A DNA stretch of 64,000 nucleotides from Squalus acanthias (GCA_030390025.1 CM059432.1:135844001-135908000), one strand, 5' to 3'. Counted from the stretch's first letter, positions 1-13,948 are shown. Numbers and translations: made by a program. The notes: generated by a model from the letters alone, not told the origin.

Positions 1-529
1 ACTGCCAAAACAGTGACTCATGCCATGTGGAGGGAGCTGGCACTGGCACTGAGTGCCAATTCTCATATTCCCAGGTGAAAAAAATCCAATGATCTGACCA
101 GGGTAGGCAAGGAAACTCATGGGCTACTCTTCCTTTTCTTCCTAGGGCACCCTGGGCATCAGCGCACGCTTGACCCTCTACAAGTAACAGCTGTACAATT
201 AACCCTTCACAATATACTTTGGTTAAGGGAAACACTAACTCAAGATCTCATAGTATGGCTACATATTTCCTCTCAAAGCAATTGTTTGGATGCGCAAGCC
301 TAAAGCCCCTTTCTCCACTTTGACAGAGTGATACCACCACATCTCCTGCTTCAACTGGCTAATGCCAATTGGTACACACACCTCAGCTGCTAGTTTTTAT
401 CTCATGTACTCACTTTGTTACAGTTGAAAATGGCACAAAATGCCTGTGAGAGGCAGGCCACTGGAGGGGGAACTCAATTGGAAACACCTCATGTCTGCGA
501 GGAGAAGGTCAAGGAGTAAATGGGGATCA

Positions 530-1945
530 TCCTAGCACCACGATCGTCCTGGCTTCTTTGGTACACTACTAACTGGCTCCTTAAACCCCTCTACTCCATC
601 CTCTCTACTTCCACCTCCAACAACAATGGATAATTTTGACTTTGTGTGAAGTCAATGGAAATAAAAATCAAGTGAGATGTAACAGGCTGCCGATTTGCTA
701 TCACGTGTTTTACACTGCTGCCCACAGTCAAAATTACCCCCCACCACCCCCCAAATGTGAGGAGCTTACAAACTTCTTTGATCCTAAGATTGAGACCATC
801 TGCCTCCGCAGCTTCCCCCTATCTTGTACACTAAGCAAAAATCTTCCCCCAAACTCTACCCTGCCCTAGCCCTGAAATGCGTCTTTCTCTAATTTCTCTC
901 CTATCTCCTCTCCTGGTCTTATCAAGCTCACCTTGTCCAAGAGATCCACCTTCACCCTTCACCCCATTTTCACTAAGCTGTTGACCCACCTCAGCTTCCC
1001 TTCCTGGTTCACCTGCCAGCTGATATTGTAATTGGTTCCCTCTTCTCAAGTACTTCCCCCTCCATTTCAAAACTGCTGTCATCACCCCTTTCTCAAAAAA
1101 CTCACCCTTGACCCACCTTGTAAACTACCACCCCATCTTCAACCTCCCTTTCCTCTACAAAGTTCTTGAATGTGTTGTCATCTCTCAAATCCATGCCCAT
1201 CTTTCCCGCAACTCCATGTTTGAACCTTTCCAATCAGGTTTCTGACCCTGCCACAGCACTAAAATGGCCCTAATCATGAAATCACAAATGATGTCCTCCG
1301 TGACTGTGACCGTGGTACATTATCACTCCTCGTCCTCAACCTCTCTGCAGCCTTTGACACAGTCGACCACACCATCCTCCTTCAACATCTCTCCTCCGTT
1401 GTTTAGCTCAGTGGGACTGCCCTCGCTTAGTTCCGCTCTTATCTATCTAATCGTAGGTAGAGCATCTCCAACAATGACATCTCTTTCCGCCCCACACTGT
1501 TACCTCTGATGTCTTCCAAAGATCTATCTCTACATGCTACCTCTTGGCAACATCATCCAAAGACATCGGGTCAGCTTCCATGTGTAAGCTGACGACACCA
1601 AGCTTTACCTCTCCTCCACCTCTCTCGATCCTTCCACTGCTGCCTCTGTGCTGTCAGACTGCTTGTTTGACATCCAGTCTTGGATGTACCTCAATTTCCT
1701 CGAATTGAACATTGGGAAGACTGAAGCTCACATTTTCAGCCCCTGCCACATACGCCAGACCCTCATCACTGATTCCATTCCACTACCCAGCCGTTGTCTC
1801 AGATTGAACCAGACTGTTCGCAATTTCAGCATCCCAGCTCACTCTGAGTTAAGTTTTCAGCCCCATATCCTCTCCATCACAAAGACCGCTGACTTCCGCC
1901 TCTGTAACATTGCCTGCCTCTGCCTCTGCTTCAGCCCATCTACCC
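530..1945 (+). mobile_element. Degenerate L2 LINE ORF2 (RT) fragment
   Basis: Frameshifted RT motifs: LSAAFDTVDHTIL-like at about 1340-1380, (Y)ADDTKLY at about 1590-1608, LELNIGKTE in ORF 1648-2010. Confidence 0.85.
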
Positions 1946-2513
1946 AGGAGAGAAAATCAGCCAGGACTTTTACTTCTGATTGTAATCCAGTGACCTTTGT
2001 TGGAAAGTGACAAATAAAACTTAGGTAGATGAAAAAAGAAGCAACAAATGTCTTCAATATTCTGGGGGAAAGTGTCAACAGTTTGTACATGAGCACATAT
2101 CTATCTATGTAATGTAGAATCCAGTCATAGTGATCGATTTGGTCACTAGCCTAATGATCAATATAACCAATTGATCAGTATAGGTGATCCTCCATGTGCA
2201 CTGCCACTCAACAACTGAGTGACACTTCCAACAACTGATTAATCAGTGGTTGACTCTCCCAGCCTCTCCTTTTAATAACTCATTCATTTCATCCTAAACT
2301 GACACTTTACACATAACGCTACTCAGTGCTATTTAGCTATTGAGACAAGTGAGTTGCTCATTAGCGCCATAAGCACATGTAATGTCAGCCTGCTACTGAT
2401 GTCCGGCATTGCTAGGGGCCGGTAGAGGCCCACCCAGGAAGTGCAATTGGTTACAGAGCAATCGGTCGGAACTCCTCTACAAGCATTTCACACCAGGTCT
2501 AGCAGAAGCCTAA

Positions 2514-2930
2514 TACAACAACAACACCTTGCCTTTATATAACGCCTTTACCGTAGCAAAACGTCCCACGGTGCTTCATAGGAGCGATTATCAAACAAAA
2601 TTTGACACCGAGCTACCTAAGGAGATATTAGGATGGGTAGTCAAAAAGGTAGGTTTTAAGGAGCATCCTAAAGGAGGAGAGTGAGGTAGAGAGGCGGAGA
2701 GGCTTAAGGGGGAAATTACAGAGCTTGGGGCCGTGGCTGCTGAAGGCACAGCCGCCAATGGTGGAGCAATTAAAATCGGGGATCGGGAACCAATGTAGGT
2801 CAGCGAGCACAGGGGTGATGGGTGAACGGGACTTGGTGTGAGTTAGGATACAGGCAGCAGAGTTTTTGATGAGCTTAAGTTCATGTAGGGTGGAAGATGG
2901 GAGTCCGGCCAGAAGAGCATTGGGATAGTG
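2514..2930 (-). mobile_element. L2 LINE 3' end
   Basis: ORF 2628-3032 contains SAACILTHTKSRSPITPVLADLHW and LLKTYLF; (AAC)n tail on the + strand. Confidence 0.85.
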
Positions 2931-3220
2931 CTTTGACTCCGCCTGGAGCAGAATGGGTTCTTTAAGCAGCTGTGGGTACCAGAGTGGTGAGTCTTCCCTG
3001 GGCAGGCTGGCAAGTGGAGGCAGAAACCCCACTTGGATCCCAGCTAAAAATATTTAAATTAAGTTGACCCAAGGAAATTATCAATGGCTCATAACAGTTT
3101 TTGAGTGCACGCAATGGGCTTCCTGCCTGCTCTGGGGAACATCTGAAGTGGGGGTGGAGGGAGGGGAAGCAATGTGACTGTCGGGTAGCATAGCTACCAA
3201 AGAGGAAAGTCTAGTCCAGG

Positions 3221-3650
3221 AAAAAGAAAAGAAAGAAAGAACTCGCATTTCTGTAGTGTCTTTCACAACCTCAGGATGCCTCAAAGAGCCAGTGAAGTAC
3301 AGTCACCATTGTAATGTAGGAAAATGCGGCAGCTAATTTGCGCATAGCAAGGTCCCACAAACAACAGTGAAATAAATGGCCAGATCATCTGTTTTAGATG
3401 TTGTTTGAGGTGTTGGCCAGGACACTACTCTTCTTCGCATAGTGCCATGGGATCTTTTACGCCCACCTGAGAGAGCAGACAGGGCCTCAGTTTAATGCCT
3501 CATCTGCAAGATGGCAACTCTGACAGTGCAGCATTCACTCAGGACTGCGCTGAAGTGTGGGACTAGGTTTTGTGCTCAAAACTCTGGAGTGGGACTTGAA
3601 CCCATGACCTTCTGAGAAACAAGAGTGCTATCAACTGAGCCATGGCTGAT
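3221..3650 (-). mobile_element. tRNA-derived SINE, SacSINE1/DeuSINE-like
   Basis: Minus-strand head TCAGCCATGGCTCAGTTG...GGGTTCAAGTCCC (A and B boxes); body matches 37876-38346; (CTTT)n tail. Confidence 0.85.
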
Positions 3651-5331
3651 GTAGAAGCATAGAAGATAGGAGCAGGAGTAGGCCATTTGGCCCCTCGAGC
3701 CTGCTCCGCCATTTAATGAGATCATGGCTGATCATCCAAATTCAGTACCCTGCTTTCTCCCCATATCCCTTAATCCCTTTAGCATTAAGAAATATATCTA
3801 TCTCCTTCTTGAATATATTTAATGAATTGGCCTCAACTGCCTTCTGTGGTAGAGAATTCCACAGGTTCACCACTCTCTGGGTGAAGAAATTCCTCCTCAT
3901 CTCAGTCCTAAATGGCTTACCCCTTATCCTTAGACTGTGACCTCTGGTTCTGGACTCCCCCGCCATCGGGAACATCCTTCCTGCATCTAGTCTGTGTAGT
4001 CCTGTTAGAATTTTATAAGTTTCAATGAGATCCCCTCTCATTCTTCTAAACTCTAGCGAATACAAGCCCAATCGTCCCAATCTCTCTTCATACGTCATTC
4101 CTGCCATCCCAGGTATCAGTCTGGTGAATCTTCGCTGCACTCCCTCCATGGCAAGAACATCCTTCCTCAGATAAGGCGACCAAAACTGCACACAATACTC
4201 AAGGTGTGGTCTCACCAAGGCCTTGTACAACTGCAGCAAGACATCCTTGCTCCTGTACTCGAATCCTCTCGCTATGAAGGCCAACATACCATTTGCCTTC
4301 TTAACCGCCTGCTGCACCTGCATGCTTACCTTCAGCGACTGGTGCACAAGGACTCCCAGATCTCGTTGCACTTCCCCTTTTCCCAATCTATTGCCGTTCA
4401 GATAATAATCTGTCTTCCTGTTTTTGCCACCAAAGTGGATAACCTCGCATTTATCCACATTATACTGCATCTGCCATGCATCTGCCCAATCACCCAACCT
4501 GTCCAAATCATACTAGAGTTTCTCTGCATCCTCCTCACAGCACACACGCCCACCCAGCTTTGTGTCATCTGCAAACTTGGAGGTATTACATCTAGTTCCC
4601 TTGTCTAGATCATTAATATATATTGCGAATAGCTGGGGTCCTAGCACCGATCCCTGCGGTACCCCACTAGTCACTGCCTGCCCGTTTATTCCAACTCTTT
4701 GCTTCCTGTCTGCCAACCAGTTCTCTATCCAAATCAGTACCTCACCCCCAATCCCATGTGCTTTAACTTTGCACGCTAATCTCTTATGCGGGACCTTATC
4801 GAAAGCCTTCTGAAAGTCCAAATACACCACATCCACTGTTTCTCCCTTATCTATTCTACCAGTTACATCCTCAAAAAATTCCAGTAGATTAGTCAGGCAT
4901 GATTTACCTTTCGTAAATCCATGTTGACTTTGACCGATCCTGTCACTGTTTTCCAAGTGCTCTGCTATTACATCTTTTATAATGGACTCTAGCATTTTGC
5001 CCACTACCGATGTCAGGCTTACCGGTCTATAATTTCCTGTTTTTTCTCGACCACCTTTTATAAATAGTGGGGTTACATTAGCTACTCTCCAATCCATGGG
5101 AACTGTTCCAGAGTCTATAGAATTTTGAAAGATGACCAGTAATGCATCTACTATTTCTAGGGCCACTTCCTTAAGTACCCTTAGATTATCAGGCCCTGGG
5201 GATTTATCGGCCTTCAATCCTGTCAATTTCCCGAACACCATTTCCCTACAAATACTGATTTCATTCAATTCCTCCCTCTCATTAGACCCTATGTTCCCCG
5301 ACATCTGTGGGAGTTTATTTGTGTCCTCCAC
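3651..5331 (-). mobile_element. 5'-truncated CR1 LINE (RT region and 3'UTR)
   Basis: ORFs 4513-5331 and 3742-4506 with [30 protein letters not shown]; one in-frame stop and small in-frame deletions relative to the 52285-55050 copy. Confidence 0.95.
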
Positions 5332-5597
5332 TGTCTCTGACAGTGCAGCACTCCCTCAGTACTACACTGAAGTGTCGGCCTAGATTTTGTGCTTATGCCT
5401 CTACATCTAACGTGCATTTTGTCTGTCACACTTCAGGCACCACACATGTCACACTTGCTGTGTCAGGTCTTACTGTACAGCTGTCACACAGGTAAGGGGT
5501 GTGCTTAACAACATGCACAACTAGGAATGAAAATGGCCAATCAGCAATTTTGAAGAACTTCCAATCTAAAATTGTCAGTCAGCAACAGCTACCTACA

Positions 5598-5919
5598 TAG
5601 GGTTTGCCAACTCTGGTTGGACATATTTCTGGAGTTTTCATCACATGACCTCCTGCCTCCAACTACCCCGCCCCCACGCTCCAGCCATTGGATGCCTGAC
5701 ATGTCCATCCTCGTGGTGCCCCGTCTTCCCACACCAATTGGAAAGTGAAAAGACATTTTGTTAACTGTTTGGATGATTCTTGACTCTTGGTCAAACAGTT
5801 CTTTTCCCATCTCCACAAAGAAAATGTAAAAACACATTTTTTTTTAATGCCCTTATGATTTTTCTCCCGGTTTGCTTGCAGCAGTGTCCTGGAGATCAAT
5901 TTAATTCCTAGAGATCCTA
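5598..5919. mobile_element. hAT-like non-autonomous element
   Basis: Starts TAGGGTTTGCCAA and ends CCTA; 8-bp TSD TACCTACA at 5590-5597 and 5920-5927; right TIR is largely eroded. Confidence 0.6.
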
Positions 5920-6084
5920 TACCTACAGGAAGAAGTGCTCGCCAAATATTTTTTGAAAATCTCTTTTATTACTACCATGGATTCTCCAATAGTCTAAGCC
6001 CTCACTTCTTTAAATAAGGTTCATAACATAGCAAAGAAAGAATAAGTTAACAAGAAAATGATTAACTTTACATATAAAATCTAA

Positions 6085-7790
6085 GGGCTGGATTTTACCA
6101 ACCTCGGCGGGTCTGTGGCGGGCGACGTCGGTGGCGGGTCCCGGCCTCGCTGCTGGCTCCAGCCCGCTGTCCAAAATGATTTTCCCTTGATTGGGCTTGT
6201 TAAGCCCGCCCTGCGAGGTTCACGGCCAATTGAAGGAAGAGGGTCTGATGACATAATTTGATGACGCGTCATCAGCCGGTTTCTTTAAAGGGACCGTGCG
6301 CAAATTTATTTTGACAGTTCTGCTGTCAGTGTTCTGCAGCATTGAGGTGCTGCAAGCACTGACAAGCACTGCACAGAGGAGCACGGCTGCACCCAGGCTC
6401 TCCCCTGACTCCCTCCATATGCTTATGGAGGGAGCCACAGCACACAGGGAGGTTCTCTTCCCTTCCAGTGGGCGGAAGAGACTTCCCAGGAGAACAACAC
6501 AGCCTGGTTGCACATTGCACAGGAGGGCACAAGCAGGGATGTCGTCAGGAGGACCAGGCTGCAGTGACGCAAACCTTTCAATGATCTCAGTAGATCATGA
6601 AACGTTACTACAAAGCCACACACAACCTCATCCTGCTGTGCCACTCATCACATCCCCATCACTCTGCCTTCCCTACCCTACTCCTGCACATCCTTACTCA
6701 CACCAACTTACCTTGCACTTCCACCCATCCCTCTCTATCTACATTATCACTTCCCCATCTCAGTAGCCACCCCTCACACTCACCCTCATCCTAGTCCAAT
6801 CATACCAACTAACAACACACAATGGTAGGCACTTGGGTATTTTATGCAATGTTCATGTAAAGTTTCTGTTAATGTGGTGTCAAACATTGAAACTGTTATC
6901 TTGAACACTTTGCGTTCTTGGACCGATTTCTGTGCACCTTTGGAAGTGGCTTAGTGAGTTGCAGTGATTGATGAGACATAATGGTACTTCCCCGCAATGG
7001 TGATGAGTGTGAAAGGAATGGCTTGGACATTGTAGGGATGCTTTATGGTGTTGGTGTGGGGTGGTACCAACCTGGTGCATCATGTGGCAGCCAGGGTGTA
7101 CAGCATCAAGTGAAGTAAATGTGGCCATGGTGAGGCCATCCCTGGTGTGCCAGGCAGAAATGTGGTCAGGTGCTGATGCCCTGTGTCCTGTGCAGCATCA
7201 GTTGATTGCGGCGGAGTTTGGTATTGTTGTTGGTGCTGCTGGTGTGCCTGGTGCTGCTGGTGTTGGGGCTGATTGTGGTGGGATTCTGAGGACCAAGGTG
7301 AGATAGTTTTAAGAGCACCGATGCTGATGTAATAGATGGCAGGTGAACTTCAGATGACAGAAGCAATCTGTCAATGGTGAGAGAAGTTGTTCCAATGAGG
7401 TGACACTGGATAGAGAGTTTACTCCAAACACTTACAACCTGCATAAAGCTCCATCTGTCTTCCAAATGCAGTCAGCAACAGCTTCTAACCTTGGAAAGTG
7501 AACAGCTGTGAGATGGGAGCTTTTATAGCACATTTGCAGCTGTCAAGTAATGAGATGATTCCATGGCCATTCAACTCCCGCCCTGCTTACCTGATGTGAT
7601 CCCTGAGCAGTGTGGACCTCGTGCACGACCTGGTAAACTCTGAAGGTGAGCTGAAAATACTTCTTAATGCTCTGTTAACAAGGTCATAATGACCTTAATT
7701 GCCTCCCCTGCCCCTCCCCTGCTCAGCACTGACAGACCCGACATTTGGGAAAGGTGCGTGGCGGCGGGTTGACAGCGGGGTCCTGACCCG
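6085..7790 (+). mobile_element. Decayed Harbinger derivative with a Myb/SANT exon-1 remnant; right end not found
   Basis: Left TIR GGGCTGGATTTT preceded by TAA; 6382-6603 encodes AAPRLSPDSLHMLMEG...VLFPSSGRK...(fs)AWLHIAQE...RKPFNDL, homologous to the exon at 59764-59525. Confidence 0.8.
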
Positions 7791-8221
7791 CATGCCCGAT
7801 ACGAGACTCCCAAAACAAGCGCTCTATTCGGAGCTCTGACATGGCAAGAGAGCCCCAGGTGGGCAGAGGAAACGCTTCAAGGACACCCTCAAAGCCTCCT
7901 TGAAAAAGTGTAACATTCCCACTGACACCTGGGAATCCCTGGCCCAAGACCGCACAAAGTGGAGGAGAAGCATCTGGGAAGGCGCCGAACACCTCGAGTC
8001 TCTTCGCCGGGAGCAAGCGGAAGCCAAGCGCAAACAGCGGAAGGAGCGCACGTCAACCCAAGCACCCCACCCACCCGCCCCTTCAACCACCGTCTGCCCC
8101 ACCTGTGACAGAGACTGTAGGTCCCGCATTGGACTCATCAGTCACCTGAGAACTCATTTTTAGTGTGGAAGCAAGTCATCCTCGGTTCCGAGGGACTGCC
8201 TAAGAAGAAGAGAAGAAGAAG
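7791..8221 (+). mobile_element. RTE-clade LINE 3' end
   Basis: GGQRKRFKDTLK...WESLAQDRTKWR...CPTCDRDCRSRIGLISHLRTHF*; (GAA)-rich tail. Confidence 0.9.
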
Positions 8222-8253
8222 ATTTTTACAAAAGGGAGGAAGAGAGACACAGA

Positions 8254-9025
8254 GGGCGAATTTTAATTTTTAAAACGGGTGGGTTGGGGGCGTGTGGGTA
8301 GTTAAAAATCAGAAACCCGCTTCCAACCTGCCCACTTCATGTTTTAACAGAGGTGGGACGGGAGGTGGGACGGCGGGCGGGCAGCCAAACCGCTGCCAGG
8401 AGGCGGACCGTCTATTTAAATATTATAATGAGGCTGGAAGCCTCTTCTTTAACCTCCATTTTGTCTTTCACTTTAGCTGGTCGGGTTTTGCACACCTTGT
8501 AAAACTCGCCAGCTACAGCAAGGCGAGGACTGCTGGATCCTTTACACTAACCTCCTTGATCCAGGGTCCCTGCCTAACCTACCCCCTGTGATCAGAGACC
8601 CTCCCCAGGCCTCCGATCAACCCCTGCAAGGCCTCCCTCCCCAGGCCTCTGATCACATCCCCAGGCCTCCGTTTCCCACCCCCCCCCCCCCCCCCCCCCG
8701 AAGCCACCAATCCCCTCACAGGCCTCCGATCTTCCCCCTCCGGCCCTCCCCGTGCTGCTCCTCCAGCCCCCGACTCCTCCTGGCTTGACCCCCACGTGAT
8801 CCCTTCCTCCCTCCTTTGTGTGGCCTGGTGCCGCAGGCCTACCTGCCTGGAGCCAGCCAGCCTCTCAATCTGGCTGGCTGCGTGTGGGAAACAGAGGCTT
8901 CCCATTCAACTCACGCCCTGCTGTTAAAGTCGGCAGGGCCTGCGGGAAACCCATTCTCCCGGGTTTCCTGACCACCTTGGAGCACCACCGTCCCCAACCC
9001 GTTTTTCCCATTTTAAATTCAGCCC
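8254..9025. mobile_element. Harbinger-like MITE (same family as 25354-26282)
   Basis: Ends GGGCGAATTTT and AAATTCAGCCC; internal similarity to 25354-26282; no clean TSD. Confidence 0.65.
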
Positions 9026-9359
9026 TGTGTGTGAAAGTGACAGACAGTGGAACCTTTCTGATGAATGTAATGCATTTTTTAAAGCATTATTTTGTTCTGT
9101 AAGTTGAGGAATTTTAGTACTGGAGAATGTAAGACTTTCCAGCATCAAGCACTTCTGGGTTAGGCCTAGGACAACTAGATGCAGAGTGAAGCTTCCTCTA
9201 CTCTGCCCAACAATGTGCTTCCATCCCGAACCAAAAAATCATGTCTTACTGCAGCACTGTAGCAATTTTTCCATTTCCCACAACAAGCATCCTAAGTCTG
9301 TTTGAGTGACATTGCTAATTAGTGTTGAATTAGCTGTAGGCCCACTAGGAAATGGATTT

Positions 9360-9525
9360 AGGCCTAGAGGGACCAGTGTCGAAATTTGAAGATGATACCA
9401 AATAGGAGATATAGTTCATTCTTTAGAAGACTAAAGGAAACTGCAAAGGGATATTGATAAAATGGGCTTAAAAAGTGGCAGATGGAATTCAGTGCTAGTA
9501 AGCGTGAGTCAATGCATTTTGGTTA
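9360..9525 (+). mobile_element. Old CR1 RT fragment
   Basis: KFEDDTK-like and LQRDID...WQMEF...HFG-like remnants. Confidence 0.6.
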
Positions 9526-10294
9526 TACTGATGGAATGGAAGCAGGATCCAGTGCCTGCTCTCAGCAAATGTATGTTCTGCCGGGCTATCGCGGGTCCTT
9601 CTGATGGAATTCTCAGATTAGCCTGGGAATGCCCCCCAAACACACTCTCAGTGTGCTGGCCTGACGAGTTGGGTTGGCAGAAGTAGGGCTCACGCTCCCC
9701 CAGTGCAATTTGCAGGGTCATTTTAAACGGGGTGGAAACATGGCAGATCTGGGTTCTGCCCCAGACTGCGCCCCATGCCACGATATCTTTAGAATCTACC
9801 ACCCCACCCGCGGGTGGAATTTTTATCCTTATTTATTTATTTTCTAGACGTCAATCAAAAAAAACTCACTTCAGTGTGTGGGGGAAGATTTCTTGTAAGC
9901 TTCTTTCAATATTGTCTCAGTGGACGTAGGCTCCTTTACCTCACTTTCACACTCCAGCAAATCACACTCTCTCCTCCTAACAACTCATCATAGCAATACC
10001 ACAGGACATCTGCTAGTATATTGATAAATAAGAATTAATAATCCTTATTCTTATTAGGAGGAAATATAGATTTCTTCTATAATATTACTATCAATAATAT
10101 TAAGCAATATTATTGTTCATCCAATTAGTATTGTCCATTTTCCATAATTGGTTGATGTGGATGAAGTAAATGTACCAATTATTGGTTTTCTGTCTCCCAG
10201 AGAAGTTTTATTGTAAAACTGTGTTTGGCTCATAGACTGTCCAAGGTTAATTAATAAAAGCTTTTTCTTTCATATATTCACAATCATGTCCTTC

Positions 10295-10785
10295 AACAAC
10301 AACAACTTGCATTTATATAGCACCCTAAACCAAATAAAATGTCCCAAGGCGCTTCACAGGAGCGTAATCAAACAGAATTTGACACCCAACCACATAAGGA
10401 GATATTGGGACAGGTGACCAAAAGCTTGGTCAAAGAGATAGGTTTTAAGGAGCATCTTAAAGGAGGAGAAAGAAGTAGAGAGGCGGAGAGGTTTAGGGAG
10501 GGAATTCCAGAGCTTAGGGCCTCGGCAGCTGAAGGCACGGCCACCAATGGTGGAACCAAGGAAATCGGGGATGCACATGGGGCCAGAATTGGAGGAGTGC
10601 AGTCATCTCGGAATGTTGTCGGGTTGGAGGAGGTTACAGAGATAGGGAGGGGGGAGACCATGGAGGTTTTTAAAACAAGGATGAGAATTTTAAAATCGAG
10701 GCGTTACCGGACTAGGAGCTAATGTAGGTCAGCGAGTACAGGGGTGATGAGTGAACGGGACTTGGTGCGAGTTAAGATATGGACA
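10295..10785 (-). mobile_element. L2 LINE 3' end
   Basis: GGRAFSCRGPKLWNSLP...LLKTYLFDQAF; (AAC)n tail. Confidence 0.9.
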
Positions 10786-11154
10786 ACTTCTGCAATGTTG
10801 CTGTTCAGAGCTTTCTCAAGGCATCTGAAGATCAATCTGCAGAGATGTGAGGTCAGTATCCATTTATATAATAGCGATGATAACCGTTCAAATACTTTTC
10901 TTATTGCAACTATTTTGATTTAACCTAAAAATTATAAGGAAGCCAATGGCCCTTTACTTTTAAATAAGGTGAACTGTGAGAATTGCGGGCTAGACTCTTT
11001 TGGGGGGCTTCTCCAAACTCCTGCCGCAACTTTGATGGAAGATCATCAGAAACCGCAGAGGCTGTTTCTCAGGGGTTACTGTCTAAGTTACGGTGGGAGA
11101 TCGGATCTCCTGTGGAATTGACTGATGTCTTCGTTTACCTAGAAATACAGTATA

Positions 11155-11490
11155 TCTGTCGGAGGTGCCGTCTTTCAGATGAGATGTTAAACCAAGGCCC
11201 TATCTGCTCTCTCAGGTGGACGTAAAAGATCCCATGGCACTATTTCGAAGAAGAACAGGGGAGCTCTCCCCTGGTGTCCTGGAACCAAGAATTATCCCTC
11301 AACCAACATCACCAAAACAGATGATCTGGTCATTATCATGTTTGTGGGAGCTTGCTGTGCGCAAATTGGCTGCCACGTTTCCTACATTACAACAGTGACT
11401 ACACTTCAAAAGTACTTCACTGGCTGTACTGCGCTTCGGGACGTCCTGAAGTCGTGAAAGGTGCTATAGAAATGCAAGTTCTTTCTTTTA
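11155..11490 (+). mobile_element. SacSINE1-like SINE, head missing
   Basis: Body and tail match 37876-38346. Confidence 0.85.
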
Positions 11491-11837
11491 TATGGTTATG
11501 CAATTCCTATTTTATCCATTGCCTCATCATATAAAGATTATAAACCAACAGCAGGACGCCTCTTCACCTTCCTTGGTCCTAGCTTTTATGACATCTGCAA
11601 TTTTCAATCAGTTTCGACCCTGATTTATCTTGGACCTGTTTTCATTAATAGTCATGTAGAAGATGCCTTTACGTGTGGCAGTTGAAATGGATAAATTATT
11701 TTCTGAATAATCTGGGTGGGGGGGGGGAGGTTAAGCTTGTGCCACTGGCAGGGAGTCTCATCCATTGGCTTTGCATGCTGGGAAATTGTGGGCACTCTGC
11801 CCGTTTAAATTAATAGACAGAAAATCATGGGCAGTGT

Positions 11838-12126
11838 GCAACAACTTGCATTATATAGTGCCTTTAACGTAGTAAAACGTTCCAAGGCGCTTTTCAGCAG
11901 CGTTATCAGACAATAATAGACACTGAGCCACATAAGGAGGACAGGTGAGGTAGGTTTTAAGGAGTGTCTTAAATGACGAGAGGTAGAGAGGCGGACTTGC
12001 AGAATTCCAGAACTTAGTGCCTAGGCAGCTGAAGGCACGGCCACCAATGGTGGAGCGATGAAAATCGGGGATGCTGAAGAGGCCGGAATTGGAGGAGCGC
12101 AGAGATCTCGGAGGGTTGTAGGGCTG
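11838..12126 (-). mobile_element. L2 LINE 3' end
   Basis: Matches 10295-10630. Confidence 0.8.
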
Positions 12127-12544
12127 GTGTAGTAAATTGTCCCAAGGGGCTTACCCGCAACACAGTGCCACCAGGTGAGTCTTCTTGCACACCTCGGTCA
12201 ATGGACCCTACTTAATACTGGAAATTCCGTCACAGATTTTATAAAATATAAATTGATATATATATATGTATCGATTTATGTATTTTTCACGGTAATAAAT
12301 CTGGTCGCAGAGTGACATATTTGCAAGGTGCTTATGGCTAAACTGGTTTTGTAGTTTGATCACTGTGCTAAAACTATATCTGAATATGTTATGTGGCAAT
12401 AATACTGCTAAAACTGCCCTTACCACCTAAAGGGCAATTTTCAACATGGTTGTAATTGAGTGTAAAAATTACTGACGGTTAAAATATAGGGCCCCATACT
12501 GCTTTAGAGTCTGTTGAAGTAATCAGTTTGCCGTAAAAAAAAAA

Positions 12545-12702
12545 AAACTTCAAAAGGGAATTGGCCAAATACTTGCAGGAGAAAAAAAATTGCAGGGCTA
12601 TGGGGAAAGAGCGGGGGAGTGGGACTAACTGGATTGCTCTTAAAGAGCCGGCGCAGACTCAATGGGCCGAATGGCCTCCTTCTGTGCCGTACTAATCTAT
12701 GA
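12545..12702 (+). mobile_element. CR1 3' end
   Basis: FKRELAKYL...GYGERAG-like terminus and GGGCCGAATGGCCT 3'UTR stem. Confidence 0.75.
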
Positions 12703-13344
12703 ATCAATTGGAACTGTAAAAATACATAAGTTCTCTTCTAGTTTGCAAGTTCTCCTATCAGAACTTACACTGGGATCAATATAATATTGCTGATAATAAA
12801 TTCAGGAATCTTTGAATTTAAGAGGCTTCGAGTGGTTCTCACGTACTGAATAAGTCTAATGTCCAGAAGTTTGACAAAATCAGACATTGGGCATCTACAT
12901 TATTGGGAAAATAAATCTGCTCCGCAGCAGTTGAATTCTTGATGATGTCAGGTGCTAATTAGTGCGTGTGATGTCATGATGTGCATTTGTTATTTGACCT
13001 TTGGCTGCGACAGCGTTGACCTTTACCCCCATTCAGATCAGCTCTTGAAGCTTCCTCTGCGTGAGATGGCTTGGCAGATCAATGTGTAAGTTGTTGTTTT
13101 GTCCACTGCAGTTAGCTGCGTGCTGCTGATCCGCAGGGTTTGATTGGACAAACGATTGTGTCAGTTGTTCATTTTTAAGGGCACAACAGAGTTTTGATTG
13201 GCTCATGCTCAAATCAACCTGCAGAAGTCAATGATTATATGTAAATTGCACGTAAGGTGCTGATTCTTTGTTGTAATTTGTTTACAGTCACATTGAGCTG
13301 TAAAGTTATACTTATAATACAGTCGTTCAAAGTGTGCGTCGCCT

Positions 13345-13948
13345 TCACTTCTGGCCTTTGTAACCTCCAGACCCGACTATTCCAATGCTCTCCTGGCCAC
13401 CCTCCCATCTTCCACCCTCCGAAACTTGAGCTCATCCAAAACTCTGCTGCCCGTGTCCTAACTCGCACCAAGTCTCGTTCACCCGTCACCTTTGTGCTCG
13501 CCGATCTACATTGGCTCCCGGTTAAGCATCACCTCAAATTTAAAATTCTCATTCTAGTGTTCAAATCCCTCCATGGCCTCACCCCGCCCTATCTCTGTAA
13601 TCTCCTCCAGCCCGACAACCCTCCGAGAACTCTGCATTCTTCCAATTCTGGCCTCTTGTACCTCCCCGATTTCCTTGGCCCCACCATTGGCAGCCATGCT
13701 TTCAGTTGCCTAGGCCCCCAAGCTCTGGAATTCCCTCCCTAAACCTCACCGCCTCTCTACTTCTCTATCATTCTTTAAGATGCTCCTTCAAACCTACCAC
13801 TTTGACCAAGCTTTTGATTAGCTGTCCTAATATCTCCTTACATGGCTCAGTGACTACTTCTGCTTGATAATCGCTGCTGCAAAGCGCCTTGGGATGTTTT
13901 ACTATGTTAAAGGTGCTATATAAATGTAAGTTGTTGATGATGTTGTTG
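13345..13948 (+). mobile_element. L2 LINE 3' portion
   Basis: LELIQNSAARVLTRTKSRSP...LHWLPV...FKILILVFKSLHG; (GTT)-type tail. Confidence 0.9.
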
